Source: Octopus sinensis
Taxonomy: Eukaryota
Assembly (NCBI RefSeq): GCF_006345805.1
Contig: NC_043002.1
Span: 105,028,001-105,092,000, forward strand
DNA: 64,000 bases
Direction: 5' to 3'
Positions 52,216-64,000 of this stretch are shown piece by piece. Made by a program: the position numbers and the translations under genes. The notes beneath the pieces are model-generated. The model made no database searches, was not told where the DNA came from, and saw only the letters and a list, made by a program, of their open reading frames with translations. How positions within the stretch are numbered: position 1 is the stretch's first letter; each line of letters begins with the position of its first letter.

Positions 52216-52453
52216 GTGTATTTGTGTGTATTGTATAACTCCTTTAACTCGTGATATCGTTTCTATTTCGAGTAAGTCCCACCGTTTTGTATGTAAATAT
52301 ATATAACGTTCTATTAAATGTATTCACTATTTCTTGTATATCGACTTACCTGACTTTCTTATCCTTACATTTACTCCTCTACCTACTCAAGTTTAAACCT
52401 TTTGAACATTATGAAGTGTATTTTGTACGGAGAATATCTATCTATCTCTCTAT

Positions 52454-52536
<83 letters not shown>

Positions 52537-52591
52537 CCTATCTATCTATTTATCTATCTATCTATCAATATAATCATGTATTAATACATAT

Positions 52592-52890
52592 GTGGAGGCA
52601 CATGGCCTGGTGGTTAGAGCAGCGGACTCGCGGTCGAGGGATCGCGGTTTCGAATCTCAGACCGGGTGATGTGTATGTTTATGAGCGAAAACACATAAGC
52701 TCCACGTGGTTCCGGCAGAAGGTCATGGCGAACTTCTGCTGACTCTTTCACCACAACTTTCTCTCACTCTTTCCTCCTGCATCTTGCAGCTCATCTGCGA
52801 CGGACCGGCGTCCCGTCCAGGTGGGGAACCTATACGCCAAGAAACCGGGAAACCGGCCCTTATGAGCCAGGCATGGCTCGAGAAGGAATA
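52592..52890 (+). mobile_element. tRNA-derived SINE
   Basis: A box TGGCCTGGTGG, B-box-like GGTTTCGAATCTC; central domain shared with 31073-31396. Confidence 0.85.
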
Positions 52891-53874
52891 CATATGTATC
52901 AAAACCTAACCGTTAGATACTTAGTCAGACAACACCAGCACACCACCGTAGTTTCATGTGGTCGGTCTATTAATCGACCTATGAGCGTATGGCTGTGTCG
53001 TGATATGATTTTCTTGAAAGTCCTTCTTGTCCATTATATTACAAAAAACGCTTTTGACGCTTTTCTAACCGTAGAGTGAGATTTGCGCAGACTTTGCCAG
53101 GTACACGGACAGATCCTTTCTGAACGTTCACGTAATGTTTCATAACTAACTTCTACAGACGCCGCTTGTTTTTTTTTTCCCTCTCTACCAGTTTGCAGTC
53201 ACTGATGTGATTTATATTCTAAACCACCAACTCCAAATATCTTTGTGTCCACCAATTGTTATTTGAATTAAATATTTGTGGCTTTGCTTCTGTTCTTATT
53301 CACGCAGCCAACGAAATGATTCTAAATTTCCCTGCACCTCAGGCGACAAGCATTGAAGCCACTAGCGATATATAGAGCCAGATATGCAGATATACGTATG
53401 TGTTTGTGTGTGTGATGTGTATGAATGTACGTGTTTGAACGTGTGTGTGTTGGGTGAATGTGAGTGTGTGATGCGAGCATGTGCCTGCATGTGTGAAGAA
53501 GGATTTTCCTAAAATAAAAAAAAAAACAGAATCACATGAACCGTTTGGAAGGAAACTTTCGCCTTGTGATTTAGCGTTTCCGTTGTTACGTTTTCAAAAC
53601 AACGTGGGAAGGGATAAACACGAGTGTTTGGTAAACGTATAAACACGAGATTAGAGCTATTTGCTTTTACCCACATTACTTTTATTATGTACTTAACGTA
53701 TATTTCTAGAAAAGAAAATTTATGTCCTTATTCTTTTATTCTTTTATTAGTTTCCGTCATTTGACTGCGGCCATGCTTGATATTTGCAAACCTTCTAGCA
53801 CATATATGCATGTGTGTGTGTGTGTGGTGTGTGTGTGTGTGTGAGTATGTATTTGTACACACACACACACACAA

Positions 53875-53905
<31 letters not shown>

Positions 53906-54176
53906 TAAAGGAAATGAAGAAAATGCTGACAAAATAATTTAAGTAAGGGAGAGTGTATTTAATTAGCTGAAAGTTCTTTTTACCGGTTGCGCATTTGTTA
54001 TGCTTATCAAAAGATATTCTTTTAAGAGAGATAGAGTTCCTTTCTGATAGATTTTTTTCTCTTATATATATACATGTATGAATGTGTATATGTATGTATA
54101 TTTTTTTAAGAGAGATAGAGTTCATTTCTGATAGATTTTTTTTCTCTTATATATACATGTATGTATGTGTATATGC

Positions 54177-54218
<42 letters not shown>

Positions 54219-54629
54219 GTTGATATCAACAAAAAGAACCATTTATATGTGTATGTGTGTGTGTATTTACATTTATATATATAAACATTTTTTTAATGGA
54301 GACAGACATATTGACATATGTGAAACAAATAAGATTCCCAAGTTACGACTCATTCCACTGCCTTCAATCAAATCCTCAGACCAGACTCGGATAAATAAAG
54401 AAAATATATTCATAGAAAATTACAAACCAAAACTGAATAAACTTCAACAAACTATATTCACCAACAATTCTTTACACACAAAGTCTTCTGCTTGACATGT
54501 TGACTTTATACAACCAACATCCTAAACGTTACATACAATTATGACTGATAACTGGCGGATTCTACATGTACTTAAGTGTTGAATGGTAGACAAAATGACA
54601 TTTAATAGCTAAATTTGATGCCTGCATAT

Positions 54630-56237
54630 TGTTGTAATCCTTAATATGGGATTGTTATAACGCTCACTTCGGTATAGCAGTGTAGTTGTTAGACCAGTAA
54701 AGACACGACTGTCTAAAAGCGTCGACGTCTTACTCTCTCCATACTAACCGACGTCACCTTAGGTGTATAGCAACCGGCATATACCACTCATCACGCGGCA
54801 GGGGTGTACCATTATTACTATTATCTCCACAATATCTTCACTTTTAAGTTTTCTTTTTACTTACGGAATGTATTTATATTTCTTTTAATAATAATAATTT
54901 TTACATCATCTCACCTCCCTTTTTTCTGGGTTTTTTTCGTACACTTACACATTTAATATTTCTTCGTTTGACATCCACTTTCAGGGACTCTGTACACTTT
55001 CTTTTTCTTAATTTATGTGTCTGGATTCAATCACCTGTAGCGGCATTGGTACTTGTGACATACTATATAATCATTCCTTTGGTTCTTACATTCTCTTGGG
55101 TTCGCTATACACACATCTTTTTTTCAGTTGGTTCATGTGCCTCTTCTATATGCCTTTTCTACTTTTTACAAAGTATAGCATTTTCCTATGTGTTTGGTAA
55201 TCGCGCCATCTTCCCAACTCTGTTTTCCCTTCTAATATTCCCTCACAAATAACTTCTCACAAATTTTGAAAGACCTTGTATTTTCCATTGCAATTTTCCT
55301 TTTCTTCCATGGTGGCAATTTTACTGATTTTACTTTCCTCGCATTCATAAACTCCGCTGGTGACATACAACTTCGCTGGTGTATTTGGATTTGGTGTCAC
55401 ACGGTATACTCTTAAGAACTTTTGTCGAGCTACCTCATTTGTAACTTCCTTATTCGACTTTCTTATGTTTCTCTTGAACAAAGTGTTCTGCCTGTCCATT
55501 AGATCTGGTATGGTATGGTGTTGTAGTTACATGTTCTACAGCGAACTTTCCCAGACACCTTTTAAATTCAAATGACACAAATTGCCTTCCATTGTCAGGC
55601 ACTTTCACGACTGAGATGCCAAACATATAGAAGGTAACGCCTTCGTCTGGTTCGTACTTAAAATCTGTTATCGAGTTCGCAATATAATCTGGAGAGAACA
55701 ATTTTTTTCAGCATTTTCTGACGGCTTACTCTTCATTAATTGCGGCATTTGTTTCAGTAATAGTAATTGCCGTTGCAGTTGTTGCTTCTCGTGTTGTTCT
55801 TGCAGTTGTACCTACCGCTGTTGCTCATTCTGTTGTTGCTGTTGTTGTTGTTGCTGTTGCTGTTTCTCCTGTTGTTCTTGGAATTGTCGTTGCTTTTGTT
55901 GTTGCTTCTCCAACTCGAGCAAACTGGCCAATGCATTTTCCATAATTTTACGATATATTTTCCGTAAAATTTGCACAAGAAAATCTTTTGTGAATTTGTC
56001 AATTGCTCGTGAATTTGCTAATTCCCCGTAGCCACTGTTGTGAAGCTTAATGTCAGATTGTTATAACAGTCCCTTCAGTATAGCAGTATAATTGTTAGAC
56101 GAGTAAAGACACAACTACCTAAGAACGTCTACTTCATACTCTGTCTTTACTGACCAACGTCAAGTTATATACATAACGACCAGCACATACCACTCATCAC
56201 GTCGGAGGGGTGTACCATTATTACTATTATCCCCACA
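54630..56237 (-). mobile_element. Ty3/Gypsy LTR retrotransposon, internal-deletion derivative with both LTRs
   Basis: LTRs 54630-54831 and 56036-56237 (TG...CA, about 80% identical by eye); PBS-like TGGCTACGGGGA at 56034-56023. Gag N-terminus (poly-Q, FSPDYIANSITDFKYEPDEGVTF) joined to integrase (DNGRQF...PYHTRSNGQAE...KFLRVYRVTPN...KRHMNQLKKR); flanks gcatat/gcaaat. Confidence 0.9.
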
Positions 56238-59200
56238 GCAAATATATAAACGTAAACCATAACTATTCAACCACTAGACTCCATAGAAACAACTCCTACC
56301 CACTTTCCCACTCGACAGGTTAAACATAGAGAACTTTATATTGAGAGTGTCACTAGATATTGTCATTGGACCGCGCCAATGTTGATTTTTGGCGCAAAAA
56401 CTATTGGCACGGTCGTAGAGGAAAACCTACAAACATTTCTAAGATTACTACTAATCGTGAGATTTTCATCCCCTACATCTTACAGACTAAATTCAGACGT
56501 TCTTGCAAGGGTTTATCAGTGCACATGTCCGTGGATATGTGACAGTTTTAATTAACGGCACCAAACATATCGTCACGTTACAACTTAGAGGACAACTTAA
56601 AAGCATTTATAAACCATATCACATGATCATTCTCAGCCAATCAAAAGTTCCCAAAATAGATACAAATTTGAGCAATGTTCTTTCTATAAACACATGACAA
56701 TATTTGAATTCCACTCATTTGTAGCTTAGCTCCACGCCTTTCTGTCTAAACTTTTGAAATCCAGAGAAATCTGTGTAACTAGTTCAGTCTTTTAAAATCT
56801 AAACGATTCCCAGCGCATTTTTATCTTCTATTTTCTAAATGTATATATTTGTAAGTGTGAACAAATGTGATGTATACATCGTCGCACACATATATGTGCC
56901 TTCATACCTGTGTGTATGTACATATAAACAATTATTGCAACATTAAAAAATCGTTTTCGTTATCTTCAATAAATACTACATGATTTCTCATTGGATAGCA
57001 AAACATTACACAACAGGAATGTCATTGAACTTATTTTTTTCCCGAGTGATTCTAGAAATATCTACCATGATATCTTTCACGGAATTTAGAATTACGTCGG
57101 AAATACTTCGTACAAAATCATATATTCATATGTAAGAACGTGTTAATCTTTACATATATATTCAAACGTTCAGGCACAAATGCAAATACATACACACAAA
57201 TAGAGATAGAGAGAGAAAGAGGAACATGTGTATATGTGTGTATATGAGACTGCTTACATAAGTATGTGTACTTAAAATCATATACTTACGTTTCTACACA
57301 CATATATATTTCTATATATTGTTGTCACATATATACACACACACACACACACATATACGTACTTGTAATGGGGATATTAAACAACACCTTAAACAAACAT
57401 ATGCACACACATACACTCACAGTCACACTCAGGTGGCACATACAAAGATACCACAAAGAGGTGCAAGCCCTAAGAAATATACACACGTAGACGCACATAC
57501 AGCAAGTATGTCTAACTTTTTAATGTCGTCAATAATTCCGTAAAGAGCAAGAATTCGTTAATGAGGAAATAAATTACTTGAAAGCAATACAACAGAAATA
57601 CAAAACGTGCGATGTTACGACACACAAGGCCTAAACGCATTAATATATCTACACATTTAAGCGAAGCACATATTTACATTTCTGTACTAACACACATATA
57701 AACACATTTGGCTACATCTATTTACCTATCTACTTATCCACGCACATACACACACATATACACACATATGTATGTAAGTATGTATGTATATATGTATGTA
57801 AATATATATATATATGTATGCATTTATGGACGTTGTATCGGGATAAACTGTACATACATATATTTGTGTGTAGGCATATGTATAAATTTATATATAAATA
57901 TATATACACACACGTGTGTGTATACATATATAATAAGGAGATAAATCGAAATTTACTTGATTATATTCCAAGATTGGTTAAGGTTATGATGCAATTCTAT
58001 AGACTTTTCGCCAATTTTCGACTTTCATGGTTAGGATATTTCTAAATATTCTACCTAAAGAAACCAGTAAATTTCTTTAAAACTCCAATTCTTCGGAAAG
58101 CCATTAAATTGTCTGCGAGCAATATATCTAGTAAATGTATGTATATTATTGGTTGTATATTTGTTCAATTTTATTTTTTGCTTTCTTTTTTTGATGATGT
58201 TTCATTACTGAGAATGGCTTTATTCCATTCCAAGCAAATATCTTTCAACCACAAAATTACTCTTATAGAAATCGTAAATCGTAATGTTAAGTAAAAAGCA
58301 TCGTTTCATTTAAGAACAATTTCCCCATACAAACAACGAATCGTTTTTCTTCACATCCATACAGCAAGTTCGAAACAGATGCGTGACTCATCAGATAGAT
58401 TTGTTTGATAATATTACATATAAGCAGATGACATGGAAATAACTATAATTGAAGTTAAGTTTATTTCGAATGAACTCACTACGCGTGTGTGAGTTTGCAG
58501 GCGTTTGTCTATTAGAAGCACAGGCTGGAAGAGTATTTCACCTGATGTATGCGTTTAAGTATAAGTGCGTTTCGTCAGAATAATCTCTCAAATGAATACT
58601 TAAACATATGATGGCTCTTACACACGCATGCGCCTAGATTGTGCTGGAATATTTTTAGATATAAAAATTAGTGAAACAAAGGCGGGACATCGCCCATAAG
58701 ATCTCAAGTAACTCACTGAAATCTAAGATTACAGCGGTCTGTGTTCATAATAAACATAAATTATGAAATATCAGATCAAGTTCACTATATATGTGTGTGT
58801 GTGTGTGCGTGTGTGTGCGTGTGTATGTATGTGTGTGTGCGTGCGTGTGTGTGTTTGTATGCATGCAAGTATGTATGTGTGTATAAAATATTGGGGTTTT
58901 TGCTTTCGAGAAAGTGTGTTTGTGTGTGTATGCATGTATGTATGTATAAAATGTTGTTTTTTTCTTTCGAGAAAGTTTTTTTATTTACATAATTAGTTGG
59001 AAGTACTCAGGTCGAACCCGAGACGTTTGCCATTATATAATTAGGTTTAAGAAGAGGTAAAACTTTAAATAATCATTTTATTAAATACATAAAGACATGA
59101 AATTACATCAAGATAAGAAATATATTTATATATTATTTAGAAATAAATAAGAGTTATATAAGGTTAAAATGTACGTGGAAAGTACAAATAAATTAACGTT

Positions 59201-59574
59201 GATATATCGATTAAAAATCATATTAAATTTTAAAACGTTGAATTAATGATTAAAAGTTTTAAGATAGATCGGCAGTAGTGAAAAATCTTAATTATGGATT
59301 GAAAAGTTTAGAGGAGTTCCGAAGAAATATTTATAGAGAGTTATAACGTCAATATGAAGCAATTCGACGGCCGTTTATGGAGTCCATTAGGCAACTGGTA
59401 TGAATCCTTTAGTTTCACACTGACAATGTCCCCATTAAGCAGGAATAAGTAAATAGATGATTAATTAAGTTCGAAGTTATATAAGAGAAAAGAAAAGAAA
59501 GGAAATCTTTGGTTACGTTAGTCGTCGGCTTCTCCATCAGATACTATAAAATATATGTATGTCATTATTCAGTT

Positions 59575-61855
59575 TTCTTTTAAGTTTTCTTGCCAATAGA
59601 GAAAGAGCCGGTTTCTAACCTAGATCCAAGGTTCCTTCATCGGAATTTCACCAACATCAACAGGATATTTTTGTATGTATGCATGTACGTATGTATACGT
59701 GCAGATTTGTATGATTTATTTTATCCATGTATTCTCTTGCACATAGTTGCATGTCTAGACATACTCATGTGTACTTCAATAATAAACTTCTGGAAAATTT
59801 TACAGATCTTTACAGTTCCAGTGATGGATTGCATCTGTAATCTTCCAATCAGCTTACTCCTTTCTGGTTTTGAGAAGCCTAATTCTCCAAACTTGGTAAT
59901 TTAGCAGAGTGTTATGCCGTTCAAGAATTTGGACCTGGAGATTTCCATTTCCAGCGACTTCGAGGGCCACCTCCCAGTAGTGTCAGGCGTCAACGAAGAT
60001 CCCTCGACTACAAGACGACCGAATTATTTTTCCAAGGTCTGGGGTCTCCCACCCCTAATCCCTAGACCATCACCTAATCACCTTGACCCGTCTTGTTGCT
60101 TAACAACAACAACAACAGCAGCAGAGTGTTACATGTTTTAGTGCCTCAGTAATCATAGGTATAAACCTTAATTTGTCATCTAGATAGAGGAACTGCAGAT
60201 TTCTCATTAGCTCAGCATAGTTGTCCTCTTTTTCACTGATCTTCAATTCTATGTTAACATCAGCTGAGCAGCTACTTCCGCAACTATACACAGTTTCCCT
60301 CCTCTATCTCAAACCATTATACCTTTTCTATTGTGTTTACATTTTATTGAGGTTTTCACTGAAACATTTCACCAGTACTACTTCCACCATACTATAGGTT
60401 CTTATCTCTTTGTTACCAGGGTCATACTTCCGACGTGTCGCGTTATATACTGTCTGAGAAACAACATCATGTCTCACCGGTAGATAATACCGTGATGACA
60501 TTTTCGGACAATTGCTTATAATGTGCGTGATATCTTCGGTGTTAACTCCACAAAGTCTGCATCGGTTGTTGTCACATCTTGCTGCTTTTCCTGCACCTCT
60601 GTCCCTCGTGTGCATCAGGTATTTGGTTGATACTTCCTGTTCCTGAATTGCAAACGCTTACCCTTCAAAGTGAAAAGTTGTATTCCGATTATTGGTCCGT
60701 GATACTCTTTTGATGATACATGTTACTATCATATCGGAGCTTTCTACTAAAATATCCATGATAGTCTTCTGCTGATATACGCTCATTCTTTCACCTCATG
60801 ATACGTTGCGGTAGAGTCGCGCGACCTCTTTAAGCTTATATGACAAGGAATGCTGCTCAAAGAGTTTCTTCCAAGTGTTATCAATCTCATGTATGCAAAC
60901 TTGGTGTAGGGTTGCACTTCGACACTTGGTATTTAATAGATGTTGCCGAAGGGATATGATACGATGTTCAAAGTTAGTCTGGATCGATTTTAAGCCTCTG
61001 CCGCCTTGTTTTTCGTTTTAGGTAAAGGCGGTCTCCGTAAATAATGATATGAAGATTATGTGTGCTGGTTAGTATAGTCTACGCTTTCACTTCACTAGCT
61101 CGGCTCGCATCAAGCGTCCAATCAAGTAGCTCAAATGATAGTATGAGATCTGGCACTGTAAACACACAGTGGGTCATTTTATTAAATGCGCAGAGTTCAA
61201 ATTTTCTTTATTCGACGGTAGTATTCTTTAGTGACAGGTGTTTTTTTTTACGGGTACTATTTATAAGGTATGCTTTCATCCACCCCAAGTGATTGAGGGA
61301 GATGTTGACGGAGAGTTTTCCCTATTTTCACAACCATTTAACCACATTTATCCTATTCAAACTCCTGCCCCGTATCCTTGGAGAATGTTGCAACCAGGTC
61401 ATAGGTCTTTTATAATCTCATGCATATTATTTGCATATATTTTCAAGTCACTTACAAACAAACAGTGTGTAATTTTCTTATGTCTGCTTCCTTGTGAACC
61501 TGTGATATATCCTTGAGTCTTCTTTAATATGAATATCAAAGGGTTTACAGAAAGTATAAACAACGTCACAGAGAGGCTGTCTCCGATACTGTATTCTGTC
61601 AGTGATAATACAATCATTCCATGTATTTAATTTCAAGATGGCGGACCATGCTGAAGTAAGGTCAGATATGGCTTTGTAAATGCTCAACAGAACTTTGACA
61701 ATGCTCAGTAGAAATTTAACAGGTGGAAGAGCTTCTAGCATTCATAAGTGGAGAACAGAGTGAAAGGCATTCTGGTACAGGTTGATAAGATATGGTTGAT
61801 AGGTAGAATGTTAGCTTCTTGTAACAGCATCCAATTACTAAGCCACTTCCAGGTT
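59575..61855 (-). mobile_element. RLE-type (R4/Dong-like) non-LTR retrotransposon, 5'-truncated and decayed, with 3' UTR
   Basis: NAFHSVLH.*MLEAL; GDSLSVTLFILSVNPL; HCLFVSDLKIYA; DRLYLKRK; CRLCG...ITHIISNCPKMSSRYYLPVRHDVVS; SADVNIELKISEKEDNYAELMR; C-terminal LQMQSITGTVKICK. Confidence 0.92.
59915..60119 (+). mobile_element. 205-bp retroposon with (AAC)n tail nested in the LINE, 12-bp TSD
   Basis: AGCAGAGTGTTA duplicated at 59903-14 and 60120-31; the LINE reading frame (ALKHVT...LC) resumes across the insert. Confidence 0.85.
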
Positions 61856-62067
61856 TGTGTATGTATGTATGTATGCATGCATGTATGCATGTATGTATGT
61901 ATGTATGTATGTTTGTATGCATGCATGTATGCATGTATGCATGTATGTATGTATGCACGTATGTATGTATGTATGTATGTATGCATGCATGTATGCATGT
62001 ATTTATGTATGTATGTATGTATGTATGTATGTATGTATGTATGTATGTATGTATGCATGTATGTATT
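61856..62067 (+). repeat. (TGTA)n/(TGCA)n microsatellite
   Basis: Direct reading. Confidence 0.95.
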
Positions 62068-62369
62068 ACAACACATAAGGAAACATAACGATGGTCGTAA
62101 CAAATGCGCACCTATTTATAGTGATGATTTTCAAATAGAACGAATGTTGTGATATCGCCTCGTTTGGTTTAATCCCTTCACGCGTCTCAATATACTCTTA
62201 AATTATTTAAAACTGAGAGAAATAAGGAGTAAAACAAAGACGATTTTATGGATTCCTTTTCTGTAAGATTAATACATAAATGTATTTGTGTGAATCCTTA
62301 TAAGGAATTAAAAAATAATAAGGAAGTAAAAAGGAATAAAAAGTTATCCTGATATGGAAGTAAAAAATA

Positions 62370-62920
62370 CTCTAACCATCACCACCATATCCTACCAAGA
62401 AATACTATTAGGTCAAACCATAACTGCCACCACCACCACTATTACGAGTTCACTACTACTCAACACTTGAACTATACGCCGTCAATATTTAATGATACCT
62501 TCACCAAATCTTTCTATAAATACTACGTATAAAACTGCACTAACCTCTCCTGTAAAATGACTACTGCCCCTGCTCTTTATCATCGCTGCATAGTATCACA
62601 CCTACTGCTACACTCTACACGACGCGACCATCCACACAACTGCCTATACAACTATCATCACTACCATATACCGTTACATATACTGCAACCAACATCGCCG
62701 CCATATTCTACAACTCCCATCACCATCTTCCACACAGCTGATGTCCACCACACTAAACACTACCCCACACACCATCACTAATCAATGATCACAATAGAAT
62801 TACCACCACTGTGTACTACCACCTCAACACATCACCGCCATTTTAAACCATCACACAACTATCTCTACCACAGCCCCTGCATCCCCTTCACACCATCGTG
62901 TCTATCACAACAACCAGCAA
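62370..62920 (+). repeat. Decayed (ACC)/(ACT)-rich low-complexity tract
   Basis: C/A-rich, G-poor with triplet remnants. Confidence 0.7.
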
Positions 62921-63713
62921 TCTAAGTCTATTTTAGAAATGACAAGTATAATTAGAAATTGATCTGTGGCGAATTGCCAATAAAATAATGTTTGATTGAT
63001 CTGTATATGGTTACAGGTGATCGATATTGTTATCATTGGTCAGTGTGAAATTAAATCTCAGAGGTCAAGCTTTTGACCGTTTGACCTAGTACCTTTGACC
63101 TCTTCAAGATTAAGTACTTTATTTCTGATGTTGATTTAAAAACACGTCAGCCGTCATTTCTTGTTAGCGTACTTTGTTTGGGATTAATGATAAAAAAATT
63201 ATTTAGTCCGAGGAGAACAGGGATGACTCTCACAATACTTTGTTTATAATCATTGTATTCAAATGTAAAAATAAATCGCTTTACAGCCGCGTGAATCTAA
63301 TTGTAGACACATGATCCAATTTTTGTGAATCCGCATTACATGATAGAAACAACAGCTAATTTTCATTAAGCCCAACTAACACACTCTACTATGTATTATA
63401 AAACAAATGCGCGTATGAGACAAGAAAATCTTTGAAATGCATTGTGTATGAAATTTTTTTTTAATGGATTTTCCTCGTAGGCGTGTATTGGACAAACAGG
63501 TGACAAGGAAAGAGGCAAAAAAAAGTATGCATACGTGTGTATATATACATACAAATCAGTGTGCGTATGGGGCACCTATGCTAGAGATAGTTCATCGTGT
63601 TGCTTATATAGATAGATACATACATACATACATACATACATACATACATACACACATACATGCATGCTTACATACATACATACATGCATGGATGGATGGA
63701 TGGATGGATATAT

Positions 63714-63750
<37 letters not shown>

Positions 63751-63872
63751 AAGATAGAAAGATAGATAGGTAGAAATAGAGATAGATAGATAGAAGGATA
63801 GATAAATAGATAGATAGATACATACATACATACATACAAACATACATACATACATACATGGATGGATGGATG

Positions 63873-63957
<85 letters not shown>

Positions 63958-64000
63958 GGTAGACAATGTACACACGCATTACAGAATGCAGAATGTCAAT

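Noticed and set aside
54021-54170. Short local tandem duplications (also 32501-32540 and 58860-58980)
   Set aside because: Ordinary slippage duplications next to microsatellites.

Overview
AT-rich eukaryotic non-coding DNA, most likely from an octopus (cephalopod) nuclear genome. This is inferred from the very high microsatellite load and the tRNA-derived SINE types present. I recognise no host protein-coding exon, rRNA or true tRNA gene; nearly all ORFs in the supplied track are microsatellite read-throughs or decayed transposon fragments. The window is a transposon graveyard. It holds at least six remnants of RLE-type (R4/Dong-like) non-LTR retrotransposons, several of them co-oriented inside (TAA)n arrays, plus Penelope-like (GIY-YIG) remnants. 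It also holds a Ty3/Gypsy internal-deletion derivative with both LTRs, a rosa-type (about DD41D) and a mariner-type DNA transposon, Helitron-like non-autonomous elements, MITE-like foldbacks and many SINEs. The most striking unexplained signal is a set of hammerhead-ribozyme (HHR) motifs in several architectures. These are a non-circularly permuted, pseudoknotted HHR (22.5 kb, decayed copy at 12.4 kb), a tRNA-headed SINE with a Penelope-type HHR tail (29.5 kb), a palindrome encoding an HHR on each strand (30.5 kb), and an HHR with a perfect 17-bp stem I duplicated in a ~1-kb tandem unit (17.5 and 18.5 kb). All structures were derived by eye; none has been computationally or experimentally validated.
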